From assembly GCF_018977255.1 (NCBI RefSeq), contig NW_024704743.1:4342001-4406000 (forward strand): DNA of 64,000 bases, written 5' to 3'. Made by a program: the position numbers and the translations under genes. This stretch comes from Callorhinchus milii (taxonomy: Eukaryota). This document shows, piece by piece, positions 51,407-63,915 of the stretch (position 1 is its first letter; every line of letters starts with the position of its first letter). Under the pieces are notes generated by a model. The model was not told where the DNA came from, made no database searches, and saw only the letters and a program-made list of their open reading frames with translations.

Positions 51407-52167
51407 GTAAGATGCTGAAAGATTAATTACAGTCCATTTCCTTTGGACCGGCAAATTATTTATGGTTACAGGAAAAACATTCTTTGTTGCAGCGTGGTTT
51501 GTGCCATTTGGGTCCGTTCTAGTTCTCTCCGGGAGGGAGCAAATCGGAGGGAGTCCAGGATGCAGTTCCAGTGAGCGGGGGCAGAAAGGCGAAAAGTTTG
51601 CCACCACTTGTGGTTTGGGTGTGGAAGGCGGTGTGGGGATATAAAACTTGTTGGTCTGATGTTGAGGCTGATATGTCTGACAGGCAATCGTCAGAACAGT
51701 GCAACTGAGGGTTGAGGCAGTGAGATAGTTGGGTGTCATCTATGGAAGTTTGGATGTTGTAACCAGGTGGGAGCACATTGATTGTGAGGAGGAGAGGGCT
51801 GAGGATAGAGCCCCGAGGAATGCCGCATGTGGCAGTGCAGGGGTGGGCGGTGAAGCTGGTTCATGTCTACCCAGAACTTTTTATTTGTTGGGAAGATTGA
51901 GATGGGGGCATGATCCAGGTTTTTAAAATTCTTAATAGGCGTGAAGTAATTTGAAGACTAAGGAAAGAGATCATATTGGACGATTATATTTTGGGCATCT
52001 CATGATGGAAAGGATGGCAACTTAGGATGATATCAGTGCTGACAGGTTATAGTTCTGTGGAGATACTAGAAAAGTTGGGACCTTTTCACTGATTAGAGGA
52101 AACTCGGAAGAGATCTAAAATGATTTCAAAATTATGAATGGTTGTTGTTATGGTAAATAGAATAGTA

Positions 52168-52515
52168 GTAACCCTTGCATTTGATATAGCGGCTTATCAT
52201 GTCTTCGGGACGTCTCAAAGTGCTTCACAGTATATATTGTAAAGTGAATTGACTTGACTATATATTGTATGGGCGAAACACGGCAGCCAATTGTGCAAAC
52301 CAGCGTCCCATTTTATTAGGTTTTTTTTGGAAGGAATTATTATCCCCGGAAAAGCAATCCACCAATCAACTAACATCCGGGTTCCTACTTCCTGCTAGGT
52401 AAACAGAGGCATGTGGAGTAAGGAAACTTGCCCAACATTTTGCCCCACCGGGAATTGAACCCAGATCTCTCGCTTTCAAAGCGAGTGCTCTTATCACTGA
52501 GTTACAGGATTCCAC
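52168..52515 (-). mobile_element. Full-length tRNA-head SINE
   Basis: Tail-to-head match to the family. Confidence 0.88.
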
Positions 52516-53841
52516 AGTCCAGATTGTACAGAATGATGCAACGCGTCTATGCCAGTAGTGAAGTGTTGTAACTTGAGGATCATGACCAGAAGAAAAAAAA
52601 GGTTAGGAATATTTTTTCAGTGGGTTGTTAAATGCCTTACTAAAATGACTGTTAAAACCGAGCCATAACCACAGTTGAAGGAGAATTAGATAAATAAATA
52701 ATATTTATGGGGAAAAGAGCAGAAAATTGGGATTAGAGAAGACGGCATTCAATGTGGGGAATCTTACTTCAGGACATATGTAAACTCTGCTGCTTTTGAC
52801 ACAGTGACGTCATCTGCAGCTGTGGTCTACTTCCACACATATGCAGATCTACTTCTCTAACCGCAACCTTAGACAGGACACCATCAGTGTTCTGTCGACT
52901 TGCCTGTAAGGACTGGATGAATGGCAACCCTCTGCAGCTCCTTCTTGGTTTCAGTCAATGTCTTCTCATCTATGGCTCCACCCTTCTGGCGTATCTCTCA
53001 GATTCACTGAACCTGGGTGCAATGTGGGGTTGAGTCTGCGCTGTCCTAAGACCCCCACATCCGGTCCTTGACTAGGACTGCTTTCTTCCGCCTCTGCCAT
53101 ATCACCCGCCTCCGACCATCCCTCATACCCAACGCAGCTGAAACCTTTATCCAAGCATTTGTTTCCAGTACCCTCCTCGGGTGTCTTGCTAGCTCCACCA
53201 ATCATCCAATCCAGCCTCTGACCTGCGTACACCCCACTCTTCTTCCCACCCCCTTCCATCAGCCTTTTGCACGTTCCCTCATCCCCTCTGCTTCAGCCAC
53301 TCTCTCCCATAATCCTTGTGCCATCGTTTCCTGAACAGAGGTTTCATCATGATGATACAGCTTTAGCTTTCTAGGTAAAATTATAGGGAGTAGTGAATAC
53401 AGTAGACCCTGTTATAATGGGATGCATTATAATGTGTGTTTGATTATAGCATAATTGGGATGGAAACATTCAGAATGCACCCAGGTAGTTGGCTCACTTC
53501 AAATCGTGCTGTCTTGTTTCAAAATGCTGGCTGTTTTCTCGTGCTTTTTTTTCACAAAGGCTAGTTTCCAGTCTTCAGGTTGCTGCCTGATGCAATGTGT
53601 AGGAACTGTTGTCAGTCACAACCCGATGGTCTGGAAGTCTGCCAAATGTTGTGCAGGTTGCTGGCCAGCTTTCTGGTTTGTGTAGTGAATGCAGACGAGC
53701 TGACTGGCAGTCAATCCCTTTATGATGCTGGTTAGGATTTTTCAAACACACAAATACTATTACAACTTCAGCATCTGAGTTAAACCCATCAATATGCACA
53801 AGTTCACAGATTGGGAAGTAGGATAAAGGATACCACGTGTT

Positions 53842-54270
53842 AACCTGGCTCAGTGATAGCAGTCTCGTCCATTAAATCGGAAAGTTGTGAGTTCAAGACC
53901 CATGGACTCGTAGACTAAGATGACACTCCAGTGGAGTCCTGAGGGTGTGTTGCATTGTCAGAGATGACATCCTTTGGATGAGATGTTAAACCGAGGTCCC
54001 GTTTGCCTATTTAGGAGGACATTAAAGATCAAATGGCACTATTTAAAAAGAGATGGGAGTTCCTCCTGTTATTCTGGCCAACAATCCCTCAAAATAAAAT
54101 TGGTCATTCACTTCATGGCTGTTCATGGAATATTGCTGTGTGCAAATTGGTTGACGCATTCCTTGACAAAAACAAAGTCACTTCAGTAACTTCTGTGAAA
54201 AGCTTTGGCATGAAGCTCTTGACATGAATAAGGCACAAAACCAAATGCGAGGATGATGATTATTATTAAC
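53842..54270 (+). mobile_element. Older Deu-domain SINE, near full length
   Basis: TGGCTCAGTG...GTTCAAGAC head; GGATGAGATGTTAAACCGAGGTCCC body; GCTGTGTGCAAATTGG Deu-like segment. Confidence 0.8.
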
Positions 54271-55186
54271 TTATGCTGCTGTTTGGCTGGCGAAGAACAC
54301 CAGTGAGATTGAAATGCATTTTATGCTGTGCCTTTTTTGGCCGAGGTTTTCTGAACACTATTTAGGACAGAAAATCATAATTTGAAAGAGAATTTTTTTT
54401 TCTTGGTCAGCCGGGTGTCTGACACATGTGGAAACCCATCACTATGCTTCAGATTATCCAAACCAAATGGAGAATTCCATGCATCCCATCTACACATGGA
54501 ATTATCAGAGATGGATACCGGAAATAAAAATAAGTTGATTGATCGAAGTACAGTAGTTCTATTGTAGCTCTAACTTGGACACTTGGAATTCTCTCATCTC
54601 CCCATCGCAAAAGTGGTCCAGTCCAATAGTATACATTTGGGAAGTGTCTGGGGCAAAACTTTCATAGTATAAAGTTAATTTAGTGCCAGAAGGAAGAGTC
54701 AGCAGGGTTCAAAATCCCCCCCCCCCCCAATCACTTTGAAGTTGGCCAAATTCAGCAAAAAGTCGGCTGGATCTGACTCAATTACTTGTACTTTTTCACG
54801 ATCGCATTGCTGTTTAAGCGCCTTCAGCCACTGACTGACTGACTGGCAGCTCAGTCCCCAAATCGTGGCATCTCAATCGTCAGCCGACTGCCAGTCAAAG
54901 GCTGGACATTGCCAACAGCCCGTCTGACTGACTGGCAGCCCAGTCTTGTTGGGAGCAGACAGAGGGGTGAAGCCAAGTGATCTCAGCCCCTCCCCAATCC
55001 TTCGACCTTAAATCCTGCCCCTGACCGACCTCTGGAACGAGGTTTGATTGACAGGAGCACATGAATCTCAGCGCAGATTTTCATCAGCACTATTTTTGGT
55101 ACTTGGGTGTTGGCTCGTCTGTAGAGCAGTTAGTTCATTTCATAAGTTCTGAGCTTCAGTGTGTAGTGGCAGTGTCGTGACTCAGC

Positions 55187-58100
55187 ATGGGCTGCTGCTT
55201 CAGTAAAGAGAGGGGCCCTGTGGTGCCTGACCAGGTCGATGAGAAAACAAGCTTGTTGCAGAAGACGAGGAGAGAAACAGCTGAAAGCATTCAAATCGGT
55301 AGTGCCGATGTCATTGAAAAAAGTGACTTGGACGAGCAAGCTAAGGAATTCAGTAAGATGGAAACTCCACGTGCTTTCAAGAGAGGATGTGCTGGTGCTG
55401 ACCAGGGGCAAGGAGAGCTCAAGTCTAACCGGAGGAGAGTCTGGCCTTGGTTAAGTAATGAATGCTCTTACCAGAATGCAGATCATTTTCAGCACCCTGA
55501 GAATCTTGCAGAAGTCAGTGATTACTTCCTTACAAATGACTGTTCCCAATCAAATATGCAGAGGACACTGTGGGATATCTTTGGTTTGCCAAAGAGAAAA
55601 TACTCTATTAAAGCAGAGAATGGCACCTCAAAGAGTAAATGGCGAAAGTTGTGCACTTCTGCTGCTCCGTTGGAGGGGAATCCTGAAATGGTTGAAATTG
55701 CTGAGAACGTAACTGAAGGAATGCCTAATTCAACTGCTGAGAGTGATTCTCCTGGGAATGAGAAACTGCTTCGAACCCCAGAAGAAGTTCCAAGTGGAGA
55801 ATGTATGGAGAGTTGTCAAACGAGTGGTGAGATTTCCCGCGCACAGCAGCAAAATATTTCATGTCATTTAGTGACTGAGTTTCATTTTGCTAAAAATAAA
55901 AAGCCCGAGGAAATTGAAGGGATTAAAACGTGGAGGCAAAACGTGCAAGAGAACACCTTGGATACCAGTCATCTGGCCTCTGAAATAAATATAAAACCCA
56001 GACCAAATGAATTCTACAGTATCTGCACAATAGATGTAGAAGATGTCGAACTAGATGAGGGTGCACCTGCTTTTACTTGTAGCACTGTTCCAGATATGCA
56101 TTGTTCAGCTGTTGCAGTGGAGAGAAAGCACAACCTAACATGGTCTGTCGATCATGGTGTGGACTTTTCAACACGGCCTATAAGCAGAGCAGCTGTATCT
56201 GAGCAAGGGGAGGCAGTTGAGCCTGAAGTAACGGAGCAAATAGAGGCAGGCATAATGACACCGCGCATTGTTTCCGCAGAAATGGACACTGACGGGCAAG
56301 CTTCTTCTGTATTGTCAAACCACAGGTTGAGTGTAGTACGGCTGCTTGCAGAGACAACTGAACGTGATACAGAAACTCTCAATGGCCAACCTAAACATGG
56401 AATGAAAGGCAACTTTGCGGAGCCTTCAGTTGCTGAGAAAACTTGCTTGTCCAAGAGGAACAACTTTATTAGTTCAGGGGACAATGCTTCGAAATACTCC
56501 AATGTTAGCAAGTTGTTAGAATACTCTGGTTGTGAGGGAAGGCAGATAACGACGGGATCTCTTGCACAAAATAACACTATTAAAGATACAGATGTGACTG
56601 CATATTTACCAACAGAAAGTGAACAAGTTATGAAACTTTGCGATGGAGATTGTCATATATATGGAGCGAATGCTAACAGTGGAATGCACTTGCAATGTTC
56701 TGATCCTCCTCCAAGGCCCACAATTCCAGATCCTGCATCAAAATCTGTAATTGGAGTTGAAAAAGTTTTCGAACCGTCACTTATGTTTGCTGATTCGGAA
56801 ACCTCTGACACGGTTTGCAAAGATGCTTGTACACAGAGGCTTGATGAGAAAAATTCAGAATCTAAAACTCTGCTGGATCTGAACTCAACTGAACAACTGC
56901 ACGGCAATGAAGAGATAGCGCCATGCAATCATGCGAATGACGAAAATCTGCCCAATGGTTTAACTGTAATGGGACTGGAAGAATCACCGAAGTTGAATCA
57001 ACCGTTGCATTGTAATTCCCTGGCTGAAGGGATGCCTAATTCATACTTTACAGGAATTTCAAGCTGTTACTTCAGTCAATCTCTTTGTGATGAGCGAGCT
57101 CATAACCATTTAATTTGTATGCCAACTACTTTGCAAAGAGACTGCAGTGATCAAGGAGAGTTTGCCGATCGGCAGATTGAAACGGATGTATTCCAAAAAG
57201 GGGGACAAAATACTGAGTTTGATGCAAGTATAAACGGTTTGTACTCTGAGCCTCCAGAAGATAAACGTTTGGATTTCATGCAGCCAAGCAACCAATTGAA
57301 TGACTATTTGGAATCGATACCCACATTTGCTGTTCGACAGCAGCTTGAATCCAAAGTGAAGATTTTGAAACTCGATCCACATGCTAATGACAGGGTGCTT
57401 TCTTCTGATGATGACAGTGATTCTATCATTGTTGAGCAGCTGCAGAATCAAAACGACAGTTGCCAAGATGGGGAAAATCTTGACGCTATTTGCACACAGA
57501 ATGTTTTGCAAACTGGTATTACATTCGGTGTATCCGATACTGACTGCCATTCCAGCCTGGCTTCCTTAGAATCTGATGCCCCTAACCATTATGAATTGAA
57601 TAATTTGTGGAACTCTGAAAAGTTGTTCACGAACGCAACTAATCACCAAAGAAAAGATGAGCTCGATTACAGTGGCGCAAACATCAATAAGGTGAAACTG
57701 GATCACCAAGATACTTTGGCTTTAGCTGTTGATTCTACTTCTGAAGTAGGCAGTGAAGAGGATTTCACCATTCAGAAATGTTCTGTAATTCCTGACGTAC
57801 TGGAAAGCTATATGGACGTGTGCTCCAATTCAGGTGGAGATTTAGGCAGCCTGAAAGACCTTAAGAAAGAAATGGTCTTGAATGAAATAACTGAACAGAG
57901 TCTTCAAAGCAGTGAATCTGTATCCGAGCAGAACGCACCTGATTGGGAAGAAAAAGTGACACTTGGAGGTTCTGAAACTGTGGAAAATGCACAACTGAAG
58001 AGCAGAATTAACGGAAATATAAACGTGAATCTGTCAGAATACTGCAACAAAGGGACAAGTGAAGGCTTGAACCAAATATTTAGTACAGAGTTGACACAGT

Positions 58101-58840
58101 GCCCAGTTCTATGCAGGATGGAAAATGAAGTTCCACAAGTCCTATGTGACACAAGTGATAGAACCATGGAGGTCTCAGTCAAGAGTAGTAGTCTGTGCAG
58201 CTTCAAAACTGATTCAAAAAAGGGTGTTGAGTGTTTAAAAACGTCTGTATCATTGGAAAAAGGTGAGGCTTTTCCTTTTTCTAGCACTCCAGAAGATGTA
58301 TATGATTCTACTGAATTCTGTACATCCACAGAACTTTCTATAGATGAAAGGCAGATCGACCGCTATGCATCAACCCCTTCATATGAAATACCCCAAGTCT
58401 CAAACTTCACAGATGGTGATGAAAAAGAGAGATGTTTGTCTGAAACATCCACAAATAGTGAGAGATGTGTCATGGGGATGATGGAAGTTATTTTAGGGGA
58501 GTCTGGGGACAAACCTAAATTAGATGGACACGGTTTACAAAGTGAAATAGCCCCATCGTGGGCAGTCAATCAAGTTTTTGATACCGTGGCCAAAGATAGA
58601 TCTATGCATACATTTTCTGAACAGCTGAAGACTGATTCAGTCGACCAGCCAAGCTGTTTGTGGAATACCTGCTTCTCTGAAATTATGAAAGAGGTCAACC
58701 TACAACAAATGGGTGTAACCCAAGAATCGGTATCAAAGAATGTTGACACTTCAGTAGCTCTTATGGGAATATATCCCTACCCACTTTCCCTCTCCGAAAC
58801 CAGTGATGTTTGGGGATGGATTAATGAATATGACCAGACT
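55187..58840 (+). CDS. LARP4B: Giant alternative first coding exon of LARP4B (1218 codons; MGCCFSKE N-terminus; acidic, Ser-rich, probably disordered)
   Basis: ORF 55187..58855 is uninterrupted. Kozak AGCATGG; in-frame TGA at 55178-55180 upstream; donor ACT|GTGAGT at 58841 in phase 0, matching the phase-0 acceptor at 60244. Assignment to LARP4B is inferred from splice phase and position. Confidence 0.78.
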
Positions 58841-59406
58841 GTGAGTATCTCTTAACTCTGGTTTAAATCTGATTTGGGCTTTTTGCCATTTTAAAAAATG
58901 TCAATGCTGGTTTGCCTTTTCTGCTCAGCGCTTTATTTAAGATGTTTTGTGATTTCATTTGTGGATGACCAATCCCAAACTTAATCGCTTCAAATATTAT
59001 TTGAACTAAGTGCACTTTAGAAATAGAAATCAACATGGAATCAGAATTGCATTACTCTTTTAACTGCTAGATTTTTTNGTGTGTGTAAAGTAATTTACTG
59101 CGCAGTTTGACTAACTCCATGATGGAGTACAACATTTTACGTGACTATTACCCTGGTGTATATGAAAACAATGAATCTTTGTTATCTTGGTAGAAATTTA
59201 CACATCAATATTGTCCATTGTGTCAACTGTATTTTCTATTTCTGATGTTGCAGTGACGTGTTTGGGGTGAGGCTTGCTCACCACACATTTCCTGTTGGTA
59301 AATGGGTTTCCTAGACTAGTCTGCACTTTAGTGAGATTGATAGGTGGGAGTACAACAATTGACTATTGTGGTCTCCTGGAAGAAGAAACAATGAGACATG
59401 GAGTTA

Positions 59407-59793
59407 TGATAATAATATTCCTTGCATTTGGTATAGCACCTTATCACGTCGCCGTGACATCTCGAAGTGCTTCACAGAATATGTTGTAAACTGAATTGAC
59501 TGGGTATTTGTGGGCAACAAGGCAGCAGCCACTTCCACACAGCAGTGTCCCACAAACAGTCGTGAATTGAGTGACCAATTCCTTTTCTCTTTGGGGATGG
59601 GGGAGAGATTATAACCCTCGAAAAGCAGTCTGCCAATCGATGAGCAACCGGGTTCCTACTTACTGCTGGGTAAACGGAGGCGTGTGGAGTAAGGGAACTT
59701 GCCTGAGGTTCCCCCCCCCCCCGCTCAGGAATCAAACCAAGGTCCTCTTGCTTGCGAGGCGAGCGTGCTAACCATTACGCTACGGGACTCCAC
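59407..59793 (-). mobile_element. Full-length tRNA-head SINE
   Basis: Tail-to-head match to the family. Confidence 0.87.
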
Positions 59794-60243
59794 TAATCAC
59801 AAGAAAGCTCCTAAACATTTTATTTCTTATATAAGGAGATGGGTGGCAGTTAGAAATTGATAGCTTGCTATCATGGTTGCGAAATGTATTGTATTTGAAG
59901 GTGAATGTTATGAGAAAAATGGTTCAGATGTTCATGTTGCATCGTCAGGCAAGCAAGCAGTTCAAGCACTTTTTCTGAGACTATAGAGCCTATATTAATC
60001 TAGGGTTATCTTTGGAGTTTCCATGTGTCGGTGGGATGCGTGGAATTCTCAGTTTGGTTTGGATACTCTTAAGCACGGTGATGGGTTTCTGTATGCGTCA
60101 AAGACCCGGCTGACCAATTTTTTTTTTAAAAAAAGGTTCATGTAAAAGGTTTTACTTTTTTTGTTGAGAAATGCTGCAGATGCATTGGTCTTTAATAACA
60201 GCAAAAGTTTTAAATGCACATTAACAGTTTTCTGTTTTTGCAG

Positions 60244-60379
60244 GACTCGGCCAAGGTTTCTGATTTGAATCCTAATGCCAAGGTATGGGCAAATCACGTG
60301 CTAAATCTTGATGCTGCTGCTAGCAATGCCTGTGAGACATGGGAAGAACCATTGGCAACTCCTGACACCTGCTCAGAGG
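60244..60379 (+). CDS. LARP4B: LARP4B PAM2w exon (DSAKVSDLNPNAKVWANHVLNLDA...DTCSE)
   Basis: SDLNPNAKVW is the LARP4-family variant PAM2 (human LARP4B SELNPNAEVW); ttttgcag acceptor; phase-1 GTATGT donor. Confidence 0.94.
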
Positions 60380-61651
60380 GTATGTATGTCCTGTGAATTT
60401 AATTAAAAAATAATAATCCTAGCATTTGCTATAGAGGCCTGATCACACCTTCGAGACATCTCAAAGCGCTTCACCGAATATACCCTAATATAGATTGACT
60501 GTATATATTTCTGTGTGGGGGAAAAGCAAAATTGAGCACAGAAGTGTCCCACAAACGGTCGTGGATTGAGTGACCAATTTATTATGTTTTTTTGGAAGGA
60601 AGAAATTATTTTACTTTGTTCTTCCCCTTCCCCTTATTACTAGAGTGATTCAGAGTGGTAATTAGTTACTTGTAACTGTTGTGTATATAATAATCCTTGT
60701 ACTGGGTATAACACCTTTAACAATGGGAGGAAACGAGTGTTACAGGGAATATTGTGAAGTGTGATAACCACTTTGGATGTAATGTATATAATTTATCATA
60801 CATGTAGAATTTATATTGGATGTAAATGTGACAATATGCTATAAATTATAAAGTACACACTTTAGTCTGTCTTCTGATCAATGGTTCATGAGGCAACTAT
60901 TTTGAACCAGCCCTTTTCAAGGCTGTCTTCGATTCCTGGCATTGTGTATTGATTCTAGATAGAACAAACGTCAATTTAAATCAATATGACTGGGTGACTG
61001 TAGATTGCAGATTAAAGATGCGACCTACAGTGAGTTGCTTTTGTGCATCTTGGCACTGTAAAATCCTAATTCTAGTTGACAATAAAATAAAAATGTGGCC
61101 GGTCTGTCCTTGTGCGATCAGCGTAACATCCCACATTCAAAAGTCTGGCTAGAATGTTACACGGCTATGTTTAACGTAGAATTAGAGATCAGTATGAATG
61201 GGTATTGGGGATTAATGGATTATAAATAATGGTTTGTCCTATATAAAAATAGTTGCCGTGTCCTCATTCTCCTGCCCAATTGAAGCTTCAGATATTACCA
61301 GGAAAATATTATGCTGGAGCCTTTCGGAAATTGAGAGCACGAGCTGCCCTTGGTAATGCTTAAGCAGGAGTAAGGAAACTTGTCTAAGGTTTTGCTCCGC
61401 CCAGAAATCGAACCGAGTCATTCGTGAGAGCATGGCTCAACCAAAGATCCTACTCAAATCCGCAAAGCCAAATATTTTCTAGGATTTTTTTATCACTGAA
61501 TGGAATAGGTACTCTGCAATAGATTCTGAGACTGTAACATAATTGGCAACCTGCTGCTACAACACAGTGTAGTTTAGCTGTAGGGAGGATTGGGTACAGA
61601 CAGCGAGCGTCTCCTCCATGGTGCAGTTTGTTAGAGTGTTCTTAATGATGA

Positions 61652-62013
61652 TAATAATCCTTACATTTGATATAGTGCCTTATCATGTCTTCGAAACGTC
61701 TCAAAACGCTTCACATAATAGACTGTAAAGTGAATTGACTATTTTGTGTGGTGAAACACGGCAGCCAATTGCACACAGCAGCGTGCCACAAACAGTCATG
61801 GATTTAGTGACCCAATTTCTTTTTAAGGGATTATTACCCCCAGGAAAGCAATCTGCCTGTTGTTGACTTAACAACCGTGTTCCTACTTATTGCTAATAAA
61901 GAGAGGCGTGTGGAGTAAGGAAACTTGCCCTATCATTCGCCCTGCCTAGGAATCGAACCCAGGTCCTCTCGCTTGCAAGGCGAGTGTTCTAACCACTGAG
62001 CTACAGGACTCCA
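61652..62013 (-). mobile_element. Full-length tRNA-head SINE
   Basis: Tail-to-head match; on the minus strand TGGAGTCCTGTAGCTCAGTGG and GGTTCGATTCC. Confidence 0.88.
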
Positions 62014-62207
62014 TTCTTTGAATGGGGTGGGGGTGGAGGGGGGGGGGCTCAAGTTGCCCCTGTAGTGAGCCAAAGTGTGTACATCTTGGTTTGTGAGCTG
62101 TTGAGCATACACTCCATCGTGGGTGTCTGGAATAATGTAGCGTAAAGCATAAATGAATAGATAATTTATATATTTTTAAATTATAATACACTTCAATGTG
62201 ATTTCAG

Positions 62208-62372
62208 GATTTGAAGCCATTGGTGATGCTGACAAGTCCTTCCAGAGTCCGTCACAGGAGCCCACCTTGATCGTTTCTCCCACTGAGCCTCCAGACCCGA
62301 ACGTTGTGACACTTCAATGTCCTGACTCTAGTTTTTCAGAATACGAGACGATGCATGGAACCAAGCAGACAG
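62208..62372 (+). CDS. LARP4B: LARP4B next exon (GFEAIGDADKSFQ...SEYETMHGTKQT)
   Basis: Phase 1-1, 165 nt; resembles human GSDANGDGDQ...SEYDSLPENSETG. Confidence 0.85.
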
Positions 62373-63504
62373 GTAGATCTTGACCCTGTGGTCTAGATTT
62401 CGCCAAGTACACTCAATACATTTTAATCGGCAAGCTATAAATGCACTGCAAAAAATGTGCAAAGAGCAATAAGTCTGATGCCACATGTTTAGGGAATGAG
62501 GTAAAATTGAAGAAACGTGAGCTTTGCTGCCTAGAAGAAGCTGGGAGGGGAGGAGACATTATTGAAATGAATGAAATATTGAAATTGGTTATTTGGTCTT
62601 TCTCTTCCCCCCATCTTAAAATACTGATCTGTACTGGGCTACAGTTTTCAAGACTTAGGTAGATAGATTTTTTTTTATAAGTGAAGGGCATTGCGGGGTA
62701 AAGGCGAGTATTCGGAGTTGAAGTACAGATCAGCCATGATCCGAGAGAATAACGGAACAGGCTTGAGGGCTACTCCTGTTCCTAAGATACTTCCTGCCCA
62801 AAAGTGCCTCACACAATGACGGTTAATTTAGTTGTATCCTCACTTTCAGAGGGACTTCCTCTTTTGATATCTATCAGATAAATCTTTCAGAACACAAGAC
62901 ATGCATTATATCTACAGTATTGTGCAATTAACAAACAAAATGTCACCATCATAGTAGCCATTATTGCTTTGTGCAGTCTTCAGAGATATTTTGTGGCGGG
63001 AGAGAGGTATTCTGAAAACAATATATTGCAGTCTTTCTCAAAATATTATTAATCTTCAGTTCCACAGTTAGCTGATATTTGATATCAGTTAAATGTTTTG
63101 TAAAGTATTTTGACTCGTACACATCAATTGAAAAATAAGGCTTTGTAACGTGTCCAGTCATTCCAGAATGAATCACTAATTTTAACGTTTAGAAAATTTT
63201 GAGTTTGGTGCTTTTTATTTGCTTTTCTTTCCCCCATTTGTATGTCAGGCAAACTGTGGTCTGATGGGCAGTTTTGCCCCCAAAAAAACACGGCCAAAAA
63301 AGTAAATTCTGTTTAAATAAGGAAGTGGACTTGGTTTGAGTATCATTTTAAATCCAGCATCCAATATAACTATTGTCGTAGGGAGATTATTGTTTGTTGT
63401 TGATGCAAATAAACACAGTCTGCTATTTTTATTAGTTGTTGTATCTTTGAATAATAATATAACAACACAGATGTGAAAAACTAAATCTTGGTAAAAGAGG
63501 GCCT

Positions 63505-63915
63505 TTTTGGGGCTAGCCACGTGTCTAACCAGTGGAAATAGTCACCATGCTTAAGGGTATCCAACCCACACTGTGAATCCCACATATGTACGCCACCTAC
63601 ATGTGGAAATTTCACCGTCTGGAATGGAATGCAGAAATTTTCCCTGCTGGCTTAATACTGGCGAGCATTAGGTTCAGGTTGGTGAGAGTCAAAGTGTTGG
63701 AGAATTGCTCAAATTCAACCAGCTAAAGCTGCATAGTTTGCCATTGAGAGCACTGTCTGGCAAGATTCCCACGAGTTGTCCAGCTAGGACTGTGCCATCT
63801 GTTCAGGATTTGGCTTGTAAGGTAAACTGGAGCTGAGTGGGAAGAGTCTCTGTTCCGAAGCCAAGTCCTGCTGATAAGCCAGACTGGATGCTCTTGATTC
63901 TGACATTCCTCTGCG
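63505..63915 (-). mobile_element. Unclassified repeat (same family as 17225, 28385, 54403, 60015)
   Basis: CACCATGCTTAAGGGTATCCAA...CACTGTCTGGCAAGATTCCC...GTCCTGCTGATAAGCCAG. Confidence 0.7.

Noticed and set aside
55187..58855. Giant ORF as a transposon/viral ORF or stand-alone retrogene
   Set aside because: No RT, integrase, transposase or gag motifs, no terminal repeats or poly(A) remnant seen; the in-phase donor just before the stop favours an exon.
51407..60243. Counterpart of the short human LARP4B segment MNGPISQTTSQTSSIPPLSQ
   Set aside because: No matching exon found by eye; the flanking exons join in phase without it.
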